DNA of 64,000 nucleotides, from assembly GCA_050575255.1 (NCBI GenBank), contig JBNZDD010013697.1, positions 6,511,713-6,575,712 of the forward strand, in the 5' to 3' direction. The stretch is from Harriotta raleighana. Taxonomy: Eukaryota. This document shows positions 1-13,240 of the stretch, piece after piece. The notes under the pieces are model-generated. The model was not told where the DNA came from. It saw only the letters and a list, made by a program, of their open reading frames with translations, and searched no databases. A program made the position numbers and the translations under genes. Position 1 is the first letter of the stretch, and every line of letters begins with the position of its first letter.

Positions 1-59
1 AACAACAAAATTACGTTTGTAAAGCACCTTTCCCGTTAGGAGGACGTCCCAAGGCGCTG
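1..59 (-). mobile_element. L2 LINE 3' tail only (class A)
   Basis: Reverse complement reads cagcgccttgggacgtcctcctaacgggaaaggtgct...gtaattttgttgtt, the same tail that ends longer L2 copies in this window. Confidence 0.8.
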
Positions 60-284
60 GTTCTCAGGCGAAGGTGAAAAACAACAATAATCTTAAACCT
101 ACGGCGGTGCAGAATGGCAGTCTCAAGAGGCAGCACTGTCATTGCGAACAGAATGGGACTTGCCAGTAGAGAAAGAAGAAAACTCTGGTCGTTGGCTCAG
201 CTTAGAACCCCCAATTCTAGAGAAGGAAAGGCTGAGAGGACTAGGCTCGTGAAGAGCAACTTTACCAATAACATGTGTCAGGTT

Positions 285-345
285 AACAACAACTTGCATT
301 TATATAGCCCCCCCTCACGTGGGGTAGAGTCTCAGAGAGTTTTAT
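285..345 (-). mobile_element. L2 3' tail (class B), degraded
   Basis: aacaacaacttgcatttatatagc...ctcagagag resembles the tails at 10278-10335 and 2218-2283. Confidence 0.6.
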
Positions 346-584
346 AGTGACTTTACAAGTGGGGCATAGGAAATCTTATAAGAAATTAGTGCCCGTTACT
401 TCCTCCAAGTGGTGAAACTGTTCCAGTTGTACGCCAACAAGGAGGATTTAAAAAAACAAAAAACACATTATTTATACTAATAAAATTAATAATCTAGGAA
501 ACATCAATGTTCAAAATTAGTACAAGCAACTGTTGGTTTTAGTTACAGACAGTTTGAAAAATATATTTTGTCAAATCGTGGACT

Positions 585-1113
585 CCAACAACTGCACTCA
601 TATAGCGCTCTCTAAGCAGGGCAGTATCTGAGAGGGCTTTACAGTGGCGGAGCCTGACTCCGAGGGGGTTGGGGGATGCTCGAGCATAGTGGCTGAAAGT
701 GCAACCTCCAATGGTAGGGTGGTGGGTGCGAAGAATGAGCAGGAGGCTGCTGCCAGTCAGGTGGAGGCGCCAGTTGGTGGATTGGGGAGTCAGGATGGTC
801 AAAGAGGTAGGGAAGTGCTGGAGAGTGAAGAAATTTGAACACAGATGTGAGGATCTTGAAGTTGATCCATTCAGTGATGGGGAGCCAGTGGAGCCTGGCC
901 AAAACTGGTGAGATGGGAGTACAGAGTTTTGTCCAGGTCAGTATATGGGCAGCAGAGTTCTGAATGAGCTGGATCTTTTAAATGATGGAGCTGGGGAGAT
1001 TAGCGAAGAGTGCGTAATCCAGGCGGAGGTGAAAAACGCACGAATGAGGGTTTCGGCTACATTTGGGATAAAGTACAATTCGTAGCAGGGAATGCAGCGA
1101 AGGTGGAGAAAGG
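585..1113 (-). mobile_element. L2 LINE 3' fragment (ORF2 C-terminus plus tail)
   Basis: Minus-strand translation LARLHWLPITEWINFKILTSVFKFLH..PYL is the typical L2 ORF2 C-terminus; class B tail at 585-640. Confidence 0.85.
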
Positions 1114-1159
1114 GAATCCTGGGAAAAAAATAACTGGTTTATTTGGTCTGAAACACTGA

Positions 1160-1229
1160 CTGTCTAGCGCCTTCGGACGTCCTCCTGACGTGAAAGGTAC
1201 TAGACAAATGTAATTTTGTTGTTGCTGTT
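1160..1229 (+). mobile_element. L2 3' tail only (class A)
   Basis: agcgccttcggacgtcctcctgacgtgaaagg...tgtaattttgttgttg. Confidence 0.8.
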
Positions 1230-1851
1230 TATTTAATCTTATTTCAGTCCACGATAAAGGGACTGTGGAAAATCTGGTTGCTGTGGTTCTAAAGGAATGT
1301 CTTAACTTTTTGCCACAGTGAATAGCAAGCCTGTTCAAGATTACGATCTACACACAGTGATTCAAAGGATTCTCAGGGCTGCAAAAGCATTTGTTTCTTC
1401 TTGTTCACAGTGTACGATTAAGCCGATTATGTTGTCAAGCTGCATTGACTGTGAAATCTGGCTTGGCCAGGCTTCAGTACTGGTATTAACATGTTTCCCA
1501 AACTAGCAGAGTAACTTTGTGTTTTGTTTCCAGCCGTTTGAGGTTTTCACTTGTAAATCGTATAATTAGCAGCATATTTTGGTGTCTTGTGTGATATTCA
1601 TTTAGGAATTGTTCTGGACTTCAGTCTGGTTAAAAAAAAGTGAAATTACAAAATGCTGAATTTGTGAGAAATCAAAACATTGTCTGCTCCTCTGCACCGA
1701 ATAAGGCTGAGTTGGCATGTATTCTCCCCAGTTCTAATTGCAAAGCCTTTGATAGTGCGTGTGGGAGATGGTGGCGTATGTGGCCACTAAGAAACCAGTG
1801 GAGCCACTTTTGGGAACTAAGAATTCACATTCGAGCTGTTGGTTGGGTTCA

Positions 1852-2547
1852 GGAGAGGGCAGGGAGGGTGGAAACAGGAAGGTGATTGAAGACGCAGTTG
1901 ATCAGAAGGGTCTTGAAATGGGCCTTGCAGAAGGCAAGAGAGGGAGTGAGGCATAGGGACCGTGGGATGGCGTTCCGAATTGTGGGGTCAGAAAAGCTCA
2001 AGGCCCGACTGCCGATAGTGAGGTGGGCAGAGTGGTGGTCATGAAGCAGACTATAGTCTGCTGAGCAGAGGGAGCAGACAGGTCAGTACTAAGTTAGCAA
2101 GTTGCAGAGATAGGGAAGAGCACAGCTGCTGAATGTTTTGAATGTGAAGATGAGGATTTTGAACTCTATCCTCTGAGTGGCTGGAGAGCCAGTGTGAGCT
2201 GGCTGAGGGTGGCGGTGATAACGCTCTGAGACGCCATCCGGCATGGAGGGCGCTATATAAATCAAAGTTATTGTTGTTGTTGATAGAGTCATGGAGCCTG
2301 ATGCGGGAGAGGACATGAGTTACAGAGTTCTGGATGATCTGTGGCTCGGGAAGGGAAGAGTTGGTAAAACGACAATCCAGGAGTTGGCATAGTCAAGCCT
2401 ACAGTTGATGAATGCGTGGATGTGTTTTGCAGCTGCCTGAGGGAATAGGCAGTTAGCTCTTATCCAGTACATGATGTCTATCAGATAGTCGGTCCATAAG
2501 GACAGCACTGATCCTGAGACGAGGGTGGAGGCAAAGAGGTAGAGTTG
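1852..2547 (-). mobile_element. L2 LINE fragment (post-RT C-terminus), interrupted by an L2 tail
   Basis: Minus-strand peptides IHAFINCRLDYANS and QRIEFKILIFTFK..PYLCNLL. Confidence 0.8.
2218..2283 (+). mobile_element. L2 class B tail nested in an older L2
   Basis: acgctctgagacgccatccggcatggagggcgctatataaatcaaagttattgttgttg, in opposite orientation to the host L2. Confidence 0.75.
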
Positions 2548-2863
2548 CTGCCTTCCATTACCTCATTATCCATAGCTGATGTACAAACGTTGTAATGAAG
2601 GTGACACTCTGAGCTGTTCTGTAGAATTGCGTGCAACACAGCAGTGACAACCAGAACATACTTATAAATATTCATCCCAAGTTTGACAATGAGTGAAAAC
2701 TAATCAGGTAAGTAAGTACAATTTGAGAAGTTCTGACAAAATGATAGCTAGATCATGAGACAGTTACACTTCATGTACCTTATAAGAAGTTTACTGTATC
2801 CTGGCTTCCTAAACACTTTGATTTGGTATAGAAGAAAACTGATTTCTGACTACTTTGTTTGCA

Positions 2864-2963
2864 TAATAATTTGATATAGTGCTTTTCATGTCTTCTAGAT
2901 GTCTCAAAGCGCTTCACAGAATATACTATAAAGTGAATTGACTGTATATTTGTGGGTGAAATC
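2864..2963 (-). mobile_element. SINE 3' part ((ATT)n-tailed family)
   Basis: atttgatatagtgcttttcatgtcttctagatgtctcaaagcgcttcacagaatatact matches the reverse of the full copy at 39894-40215. Confidence 0.8.
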
Positions 2964-4322
2964 ACCTATAGAGTTTTTTTTCAAATGCTGTAAACGTTAT
3001 GAAGCTTTTGAAACATTTTGACAACATGATAAGGCGCTATGTGAAATGCAAGGATTATTGTTGCTTTTATTTATCTGTTCCAAACTCTGCTACATTTGAA
3101 TTGCTGGGTTTGAATTGTCTTCGATTCACTGCCTCAAACCAGTGTAGGTGATCTCTGATAGATAACCGGTGAGTACAGTCTCCCCACACTGTTTCACTGC
3201 ACAAGATACTTCTCGCTACTCATCAATGCATGCTCCTTCATACTCTTCTTGGGTTCCAATTATGTCACCGAGCAGCATAAAGTGGATGTACAATATAGTA
3301 AACTTCTGCTCATAAATACTAACAAGGTTGTCAAAAGCATTGAAGCAAAGTAACATCATGCAGGCATTGTTATGCATAACTTTCTGGGCATAAATAACAA
3401 AGTAGTTTAGGTCACTATTTCTGGGCAGTCACATTTTCTATCGTGAAAAGTGCATTGTGTGCTTGATGATAAGTGTACTTCACTAATAAAATGCTCCATT
3501 ATTGAGAGTGCCATACTTATATATTGCTTCAAGAATGATTGGCTCTAGGTGTCTTCATCACTGAATAAGTTCACAATGTTTTGCATCTCATTAATTATTC
3601 CACAAATTTAATTCAATCAGAGCCTTTGTAAATTAGGTTTCGCAGTGTTTAACCAACCCTACTCGTTGGGGCTTTGGGGTGCAGGATTAATAAAAGCTAA
3701 GGGGGATGACTCGCTGTCCCCAGTGACTGGGCTTTCCTTCCAGGTCCTGCTGATCAGCCAGGCTGGCTGTACTGTCATCAGCAGTGCCATGAAATACTGC
3801 GGACCCATCTGGCTTAAGAACCGGACTTCTGAGATCACTGAAAAGGGTTGACTCGATTCTGGCATTCCATGGCCAAACATGTTATCTTGGAATCAGCACA
3901 ACTCCCAAGGGGTGATAGTCAATGCCATCACCTGCTGATGCTTTACCTATCCTGCAATTTGCTTTGCTTCAAAGAAAAGCTCTAAAAGAGGTCTGGAAGA
4001 ATTCACGTAAAAGAATGTTTTGTGATATATAATAAATGTATCTAATCTTTAGCTGCAATCTTGTAGTTCTATAAAATATTCAATAATATAACCACCTCAA
4101 GCCTAAGGAGTTCATAAGCCTTTTGAGGTCTCTCTAATGCACCAAAGTAGACTTTTAACTGAATTATTCATAAATAAACATTTATAAAACTAACAGCAGT
4201 TGGTGCAGAAAATGCTTTAAAAAAGTCCAAGAAGTCACGTTAAAACCCAACCTCTGTTTTGATCCACCAATTGAATACATCAGGCTAACAATATGCACTA
4301 TGGATATAAAGGAATAAAGGAA

Positions 4323-4607
4323 TATACCGTCGGTTTTTCCTGTTCTCCTTCCCCTACCCCGACCCCTCCCCTTGCCATCTTTCCCCCCTTTCTCCCCTAA
4401 CCCCACTTCCATGACTGTTTGTGGGACACTGCTGTGCACAATTTGGCTGCCATGTTTTCGCCCACAGATATACAGTCAATTTTTCCTACTTTCCTTCCCC
4501 CGACCCCTCCCCCCCGTTCTGATCCCTACTTGACTGTACAGCGCCTTGGGACGTCCTCCCAACGTGAAAGGCGCTATATAATGTAATTTTGATTGATTGA
4601 TTGATTG
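4323..4607 (+). mobile_element. Mosaic retroelement: CT-rich tract + Deu core + L2 class A tail + (GATT)n
   Basis: Core ccatgactgtttgtgggacactgctgtg...tatacagtca at 4408-4481 between pyrimidine tracts; L2 tail; probable TSD aaaggaa at 4316-4322 and 4608-4614. Confidence 0.75.
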
Positions 4608-4744
4608 AAAGGAAGGTATGAAAGATGTTTAAATAGTTTAAAATTTGTTATTTGTTAATTGAAATTAGTTGATACACTGTCTTAAAAACTTCATGCTCTC
4701 CTGTTAGGCTAGACATAGTGGGTTATAATAATAATATAACATTT

Positions 4745-5045
4745 TTATTCATTTATTTATATTTGATAGAGGACATTTCACATCTTATCGACATCTCAAA
4801 GCGATTCACAGAATATACTGTAAAGTTAATTGACTGTATATTTGTGGGCGAAATGCGGCAGCCAATTGTGCACAGCAGTGTCCCACAAACAGTCATGGAT
4901 TGAAATGACCAATTTTTATCATTGTATTTTTTTGGGGATGGATTATTAGGCATATGGAGTAAGGAAACTTGCCCAAGCTCTCGCCCTGACTAACATAGGT
5001 CTTACGCTTCTTAGACAAGTGCTCTAACCACTGAGCTACAGGAGC
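4745..5045 (-). mobile_element. tRNA-headed SINE, near full length (short subfamily)
   Basis: Reverse strand has A-box tagctcagtggttagagc, body gggcaagtttccttactcc, Deu-like core and tail. Confidence 0.85.
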
Positions 5046-6308
5046 TAGTAATTGAATAATGTGGTCCTCTTGGTTCCAGATTTCAGGGGACATGTTAATA
5101 AGTAAAACTCTAAAAATACAGCTGATCTCTGGGACATCAGGTTGTTGTCACTTCTTGCATGCCATGTGCAGGTAGCACCACTAACTTCCCGTGTGCTGCA
5201 CCTGCTGAAATAACTACTATTCATACCATTTCCATTGCAAAGTGATGTTTGTGCTCTGGAACTCGTGCAATGCTCTGCAACTGTTTCTTCATTGCCAAAC
5301 TATCTTCTCAGGTGAAGTCCTGCTGAATTGTTCTTCTTAAAACTGCAGTTTATGCCAATTTGGTATAAAAATTCACATTGAACCAGTGTAGTTTAACCAG
5401 CCCGTTAAATTCCACACCTCTGAACATAACAAAATATAAAGATTTTGACTGTTAAGATTTAAAATCGGGCTCTGTAGTTTGAACTGAGGTGAAGATATCA
5501 TAATATTTATTTTGGATTAAATTAGTTTTTTTATTGTGGTACATGGAACAGCATAGAATTTCAAAGCATTCTTTGGCAGACTTTCAGCATTTGTTCAATA
5601 TTAATAAATGGTATTGGGACAACAATAAAGGTTATTGTTCTGGGCAGACATTATCATAATGGGCACAGCGGGTGAAGTCATGTGTTCTATGCACTTTAGG
5701 ATAACTGTGCGGTCAGCGATGCTAAGTGGAAAGAAATCTCTTCAATTTGACCCTGGTCATTGCACAGAGCACAAGAATGCAGGAACAGAGATCAACAGTC
5801 AGCATTTACAAGTAAATCCAGGAACACTGGTGAAATAAATAAATAATAAACCAAAAATCCTTACATTCGTATAGCCTGAGTTCATGCTGTACTTTAACCT
5901 ACAGTTCTCTTAAATCAGTTGTGGGCAGAGTCAGGTAAAATATTGCATTTTCAGATGACACGTGTTCTGGTCTTTCACAATTGCTGATCACAATTAATTT
6001 CAAACCAATTATTCATTTGGCAAAAAAAAGCTGCCTTTCCAGATGGCAAGCACCATCAGCTGCTCAATTCAACAGAAGCTCACAGCATATTTATGGAGAG
6101 AAAACTGTAAAACTGAAAGGACTGGCTAATGCATTCACCTCTGAGGGTTGTGTGCTGACTAGATGGACTGAACATCTCACTCGGGTCATTTTACAAACCC
6201 CATTTCCGTGACATGTTGGTGCGCAACCCCCAGCCACATGATCTATCTAGATACACAAATGTTTGGAGTTCTGTACAATTTATTAAGTGATCTGCTTATT
6301 AATAAGTT

Positions 6309-6710
6309 TCAGCTTGGCTCATTTGGGAGATATCTCATCTTGTAATCAGAAGGTCATGGATTCATGCTCTGTAAGAGACATTGCAGCCCATAGTCTAGGT
6401 TGACCCTCCAGTGGAATGCTGGGTGCTGCCTTTCGGAATAGATGTTAAGATGAGGTCCTATCTGCCTATTCTGGTAGCGATTAAAGATCCCATGGCAGTA
6501 TTCAGAAAGAGAAGTAGGCCAACATTCCTCTAGATAAAATTGGTCATTTACTGTAAGGTGGTTGTGGGAAATTGCTGCAAGCAGATTGCCTGTTGCTTTT
6601 AGATACAAAAATACAGTTACCAGACTTTACCAAATGTGGTGAAGTGCTTTGAGACTTCTTAACAATATGATAAAATGTTGTATCAAATGCAAGAATCGTC
6701 ATTATCATAA
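6309..6710 (+). mobile_element. Old Deu-domain SINE (AmnSINE1/SacSINE1-like)
   Basis: tcagcttggctca head; gtctaggttgaccctccagtg..ctttcggaatagatgttaa..aaagatcccatggc..ggccaaca resembles the recalled Deu consensus; L2-type tail. Confidence 0.75.
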
Positions 6711-8481
6711 TATAAGATCTCACATGATACAGTAGTTCACAAATCACACTTTGCAATTTTCACCCCACAGAAATGTTCCCGCAAAACCGTGTCAGGTAAA
6801 CCAGGAAGCACGAATAATCTCTGCTTCATGGATAAACAAATCCAAACAAGTATTTGGGGCCTCGAATTATGTAATCTTTATGAAACATTGTGTGGGTATA
6901 GTTTGTAGGTTCTCCTTCAATGGAACCACAATTTCATATGGTTGGGTAAATGGCCATCTGTATACATGGATTTACACATGACAATTTGGTAAAGTTGGGT
7001 GAAGTAAGACATTCTGGGCTGTTGAACTATAATATTTCTGGTAACTTTGTTTTACTACTGATTTATATCCACAATTACTTTTCAAAAGTATCTCTAGTTG
7101 ATCTACAATGGTGTAAATCATCAACAGGCCACTCCACCTCATTGCAGTTATCTAAAACTACTTCAATCATTTAACAAGGTCTCCCGGCTTTTCTTCTATT
7201 TATGTCAAAAGAGCTTTCAATCTAAGGAAACATACAGCAACCGCCTACTTTTGCAATTGAAAATCATGTTGCTGTCCTGTTCTGATTATAAACACACGAG
7301 CAGATTGGTAACTTCTTGTCCAGAATTAGTACGCTGAAAATAAAATAAGGAGAGTTTGCAGGCTTCGCACAAGTAATGTAACAGACATTGAAAAGCTGCC
7401 AACAGATGTGTTGCACCACTGAACAGCAGTGAAGAAGCAGTAGCACTAGTGAGTAACTTCAAAGCTAGCTGATAAAATATTCATTAGGGTCAGGCTCCTA
7501 TTTAAGCAGGAAATGCTGGCAGACTGTTGACACTCCTTTGGATTAAATACAGTGCATTTGCAAAATGTCAAGTTGGGTATTGACGAGTGACAAGCTTTTT
7601 TTAAAATCCATGTATACAGACTTTCATGGCAATACAGTAAGTATTGTTCCAATACATTTCCATTGGTCTCATTCACACGGAAATAATCAAATCCCTACGT
7701 TACCTAGATAGCGTTTACCTTTTTCTCTCTAGACATATGAAGCATGCCATTCCTAAAGAACAGTTTTGATATTGCAGGTTATGCATAATATTGACACCTG
7801 CATTAAGCATTTTTATGATAAATGACAACCAAGAGATCTCATTGAATTTAATGATCCAAAACCCAGAGTGAATTTCTCCGTCACTTAGAGTAGCTCACAA
7901 TTTCCATCTGCTCACAATCCTTTGCCAGGTTTCAGATGGCTTTAATGTTCAACCCGCATGGAGACAGTCATTTTAAAAATTAATGGTGAGGTGCAAATGT
8001 ATACTGGTCAATGGCAAACTCACTATTCCCATCAACATTCCAAGCCCTCCACTAAAACTACTCATCAGCTTGAGAGCAAACACCTCAGTGAGCAAACATC
8101 ACACTGCCAGCAACCACAAAAGAACAACGAGGGGAAAATTCTAGAGGGAACCTGTTTCCGAGTAACATATTTAGTTCTAACTCGACAAATATGAGTGTGC
8201 AAACAATTGCAGATGGTCCCTGTCTTCTGGAGACATGTATTTGCATCTTCTTTGCTCAAAGGATGTTCAGAAAGGAATATGTTTTGTGCAGCTGTCATGT
8301 GCACTTGATAAAATGTGCCACAGAATTCTTACCTTTGTTTTTTAAAAAAAAATAGAAAACCAATAACTGGTTCCTCAGCTATCGTACTCAAGTTTTCTAA
8401 ACAGCAGGTAAAGTCCACAGCTTTGCTTGTGTGAAAAATGGAAATGGAAGAGTAATTATGTCCTCAGTTTGTCATCTTTTC

Positions 8482-8545
8482 CAGTGCCTTGGGACGTCCT
8501 CCCGACATGAAAGGCGCGCTATAAATGTAATTGTGTTGTTATTGT
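8482..8545 (+). mobile_element. L2 3' tail only (class A)
   Basis: cagtgccttgggacgtcctcccgacatgaaaggcgcgctataaatgtaatt. Confidence 0.8.
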
Positions 8546-10277
8546 GTTCAGCCACCACCACTCAGTCAAATGGATGATAGTAGAATTCTGGCAAAAGAGT
8601 TTATGCTCAACTGAATACAAGGGCTCTGAGACGTTTCACTATGTGAAGGCTACTCTATAAATAGATAGAAGATATCGCTGAATGAACTGTGTTGTAGTTT
8701 GTGGCTACTGACTGCAATACTCACAGGCCAGCATGGTCAGATTCAACTGTCACATTTGAGATGGCGGGCTCATTTAGGTCAAACAACGTTTTTGCCTCTT
8801 TGTTTTTATTTATTATTAACACTTCAACAAAATTAGGATTTCAGGCTCCGTTGTGTGGCCATCAGCCTGAGTCACTCAGCTTTTCCTTCATTGACCTTTT
8901 CCTTCAGATCAATAATATTTATGAACATTTGAAATGCACTGAAACATTGGGGGGAAATATTATCACATCAGCATTTGTAAATTGGTTTCACACCAATGCA
9001 TATTTTAGGTGAAATTCACCTGATTTTGACTAAACTGTATTTTTGGGTTGCTCAGCACTATGAGTGAGGGCTGAATTGGTTCTGATGTGGAACGGCCACG
9101 AGTGCCAGTTTCAGTTGTGACCTGGTGTAAATCACTGAGCTGAAAATTGCTACAGAATGAAAAAAAAACATATTGATTGCACTTGTGCACTCATATACCT
9201 GATTCAATGTGGGTGGCGTTTTAAAGGCCTTAATGATTTGAAGTTTTATGTCAAAGGGATTTTTATTAAAAAGTTCATCTACCCAGCGATGGAAATTGTT
9301 TGTGGCACAAAGAAATGCAGGTTATGATAATATGCAAACGTAGCAAAAAACCTATCGTAAAGACCTTGCTTATCTGCTGGTATATATCACACCTCTTTGA
9401 CAAGTAAATAGGTAAGAGTTATTTGAGTTTCTGCCCTGTAAAACCACATGGTATCTCATGACTGGTATTCCTATAATGCTTATAATATAAAGTTCAGCTA
9501 AATTACATTAACACCATTCATGAAAAGTGTACCTTTGAATCTATTGTACTGTATTTCTGTTCATTAAACAAACCTCTGTAGTGTCTACCTAATTCCACTG
9601 AATGAGAGTATTACATAGGATATTAATTGTATGCAGAAGAACCTTTCCAAGAATAGGTTAGCAAACATTACTGGGTATGTAGCTCCGGAAAGGCTTGGGG
9701 CTGTGGATTTTTGTACACTTGCTGTGTGCCCAACATAAAAAGGTTGATATATGTGAGAATACAATATATGCCCTCAATTCATTGTTGCACCGAAGGTTGG
9801 GTGATCTCATACATCTCCTTCTTTCCCTTTTTGAGATGAGCAGGCTAAGGAAAGGATATTCAAACCCATTGAAACAACCACCTTTACTCAGCAAACACCT
9901 TTCTAACGCAACCAATGGTCCTAATGTATTTACCAATCTCGTGCTGATCAGAAAAAATAGAAAAAATCCTGTTAATTTCCAATTGCTTCTTTCAGATGTG
10001 TTCATCCTGAGGTTGAATGAGGAGGCCTTAATAAAAGTGCTCGGATTCTAGCAGGATTCTACACACAGGCCCACAGATATTTTCAGCTCATGTTAATTTT
10101 AAAAGAAAGTGGGCCCGGTCAACGAACCAATGAACCCTTCACGCAAAGACTACCCTTACATAAAAGGATACTCTGATCCAGTCCCCTGAGTGGTTGCTGA
10201 AAACAGGTTTGATTGCATTTCCAATATTCTTTCTTCACATCACAAATTAAGGGAATTGTAAGGTACCACTAAACAAT

Positions 10278-10335
10278 CAACAACAACTCGCATTTATATA
10301 GCGCTCTCCATGCTAGATGGCATTTCAGAGCGCTT
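10278..10335 (-). mobile_element. L2 3' tail only (class B)
   Basis: caacaacaactcgcatttatatagcgctctccatgctagatggcatttcagagcgctt with stem agcgctct/agagcgct. Confidence 0.75.
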
Positions 10336-10472
10336 AAATCAAGAATTCAGGACAAACATGGGACAAGGTAACATTGGATTATTTAGCTCATTATCAAGGT
10401 TAACACTCCAGTGTTGCTCTGTACTGCATAGTTATGTGACCCGCAATTATTACGGGACATGTAACTTGTAAT

Positions 10473-10709
10473 ACAACAACAACAAAATTACATTTATAGA
10501 GAGCCTTTTACATTGGGAGGATGTCCCAAAGTGCTGAACAGTCAACGGTTGGAACCCAAGCATGGAAGGGGGGAGCAGGGTAGGGGTGAAGGGAGGGCAG
10601 CTGAAGGCATGATCGAAAAGGAGGGTCTTGAGACTGACTTTGAAGGAGGTAAGGGAGGAAGCGACGCAGAAGGACTGTAGGATCGAGTTCCAGAGTGTGG
10701 GGACAGAGA
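10473..10709 (-). mobile_element. L2 3' end
   Basis: Minus translation PTLWNSIL..SSLTSFKVSLKTLLF followed by a class A tail. Confidence 0.85.
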
Positions 10710-10750
10710 TAATAAAGACACATAATAAAAATAATCCTTGTATTTTAAAT

Positions 10751-11020
10751 AATAATAATCCTTGCATTTGGTATAATGCTTTTCACATCTTCTAGATGTC
10801 TCAAAGCGTTTCACAGAATTGACTGTATATTTGTGGGCAGCCAATTGTGCACAGCAGTGTCCCACAAACAGTCGTGGATTGAAATGACCAATCTATTTAT
10901 TTATTTTTGAGGGATTATTACAGCATTAGGCATGTGGAGTAAAGAAATTTGATCTGGATTTCACCCTGCCTGAAATTGAACTCTTGCTTGTAAGGCAAGT
11001 GCTCTAGCCACTGAGCTATA
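10751..11020 (-). mobile_element. tRNA-headed SINE (short subfamily)
   Basis: (ATT)n tail, Deu-like core and head tatagctcagtggctagagcacttgccttacaagcaag. Confidence 0.85.
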
Positions 11021-11220
11021 CTGTAAAGTAAATTGACTGGTTTGTGGCTGAAATGAGGCAGCCAATTGCACAGAGGTTTCGCAAAAACAGTCTTGGATTG
11101 AGTAACCAAATTATTATTTATTTTGAAGGGATTATTACCCCAGAAAAGCAATCCATCAATTTACTAATAATTGTGTTCCTACTTACTTCTTGGTAAACAG
11201 TGGCGTGTGGAGTAAGAAAA
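11021..11220 (-). mobile_element. SINE fragment (long subfamily), diverged
   Basis: Carries the extra cttactccacacgccactgtttaccaagaagtaagtaggaac segment seen in 37070-37445. Confidence 0.6.
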
Positions 11221-12309
11221 GCAAAGTGTGTGATAGCTATTGCCATGGTTTGCTTGTATGCTATGCTCTGCCAGGGGGTTGGGTAAGGGTGTGTGTGGAA
11301 CATGCTTTATGTGAAATGAGGAATCTTTCGTATGAGAAAAAAATCTGCCTCATCAGTATGATGCTGGAATTTCCAGTTCAACAGCTAGTCCGGCCGACGA
11401 GGTCAATCTATTGTTTCTTGTTAAGGATATTCAGCAGAATTCACTGGATTGGTGCATTGTGTATTGCGAAAGAACATAATTTCTAGGAGTTTTTAAAAAA
11501 ATCATTTCCTGCAAGGGCAACAGGTTAAGTGTATTTATATAGTATGCACAGAACTATGGGCAAAAATGATTGAATTCAGTTTTCTTTTTGAAGTCGGGTT
11601 TCTGCAGTACTTAAAAGAATTTAGAGAAAAATGGCTTCAAAACTAAAGCTCTGTTTAGGAATTCACCAAATTTTGACACTCTGAATAAGTCAGCTGGAAT
11701 GACTTATTCCAGCTCCCCCATAGAAACCTTAACTCTCTCCTGTCACAGACATTTCTGACATATTTTGCCTGCATAGTTGCTGCATGCGTTGCAAAATTGG
11801 TGGCAACAATGCCAGGTTTTGAACCTGAGCATTGAGCATACAAAGCATTCTCAATTGTTATCCCAGATGAAGTACTGGTATAGCCATGGATGTGTCACAG
11901 GAAGTAGTTTAAGTTTAATCACTTATGAACTGCCGTGCCGAATTCCCATGTATTCTGATGGAAGTCATAGATGTGTTAGTTTGCAATTGTTCTTCATTAA
12001 ACTAAAAAGCGAAACACTGGAGCTTGCAAGCATTTCAGCCAAATATTGTCACTCTAATACAGACTGTTGTCTTCTCCCAAGTCCCTAGCCAATAATCCTC
12101 CACATAAACTGCTTGAGCATCTCACAGTTGATTTTTGGGACATTGTTGTAGGCATTTATCCAGAAAATACACAGTGCACATACAGTTGACAAAAGTTTCT
12201 GTGGAGTTCTATCAGATGTTTTGTCCTTACAAGCATAATATCAGTCCCAACCACATTTAAACAGAAAATGTTTTCTTTAATAGTTTATTGTTGGCATCTT
12301 GAAAAATAT

Positions 12310-12337
12310 GTATATATACACACACACACACACACAC
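12310..12337. repeat. (TA)n(CA)n microsatellite
   Basis: Read directly from the sequence. Confidence 0.9.
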
Positions 12338-12759
12338 TAAATATACAGTAATTATCAAGTAGACAATTATTCAGTAAGCCACTATAAACAGCTTTGCTAT
12401 ATAATCTTCCCATGAATCACGATATGCTTCAATATACCACAGTTAGTTATTATGCCCATTTGTAAATGCTATTTTGGCACTACAGTATTTTGTACATTCA
12501 GTCTCTCAGCAGGAGTGCAGTAATACTGCAATAGGAATTAAGGTTTTCTTTAAAAACATGGTTTATACGCATTATATGAATTAGTTACTAGAAAATTCAT
12601 ATCAATAAACAAAATAACTTCAGATGGATAAAGGTGTTTGATCACCTGCCTTTCATGTGGTCGTTCTTTATTTTAATTGAAGTTCAACCATCACAGACAT
12701 TCGAGCTCTTCCATTTATCTTTCACACTCACATTCGTGCCATGGTCTGTTCTGCCTTAC

Positions 12760-13240
12760 ACCACCTCCGCAACATCGCTCAACTCCTCCACTGGTTCACA
12801 CCGCGGCTGCTAAGACCCTCATACAAACATTCATAACAACCTGGCTTGACTACGGAAACTCCCTGATTGTCGACCTCCACAACTTCTTTCTCCATAGGCT
12901 GCAGATCATCTAGAACAGAGAAGCCCTTGTTTTCTCTCACACCAGGCTGAAAGACCCTATCAACCCTACACTCACCCAACTCTTTCAGCCACTCTACTTC
13001 CACCACTAGAACTCCATCCCGCAATCCCTCCTCCTTGCCCCCTCCCTTCACTCCTTCAAGATCCGTCCCAAGACCCTTCTCTTTGAGAAAGACTTCGGTC
13101 ACCCTCCTCCCCCCACTGCACTCCACCCTCCCTGATCCCGACTCACAGCTCATGTCTGAAACACTGAACGTTCAGCGACTTGGGACGTCCTGCAGACATG
13201 AAAGGCGCTACACAAATGTAATTTTGTGGTGGTGGTTGTT
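12760..13240 (+). mobile_element. L2 3' fragment with internal deletion
   Basis: AAKTLIQTFITTWLDYGNSL..LHRLQ followed by SFK..KT and a class A tail. Confidence 0.85.

Noticed and set aside
2625-2713. Strong donor cag|gtaagt
   Set aside because: All three frames from the nearest acceptor contain stop codons.
9658-10051. Antiparallel 115 and 118 aa ORFs with a minus-strand acceptor near 9945
   Set aside because: No recognisable peptide (HEIGKYIRTIGCVRKVFAE* or TRLVNTLGPL...) and no convincing donor site.
11325-11365. Minus-strand CTGATGA...GAAA hammerhead-like core (also at 28996 and 59883)
   Set aside because: Stems I and II do not pair.
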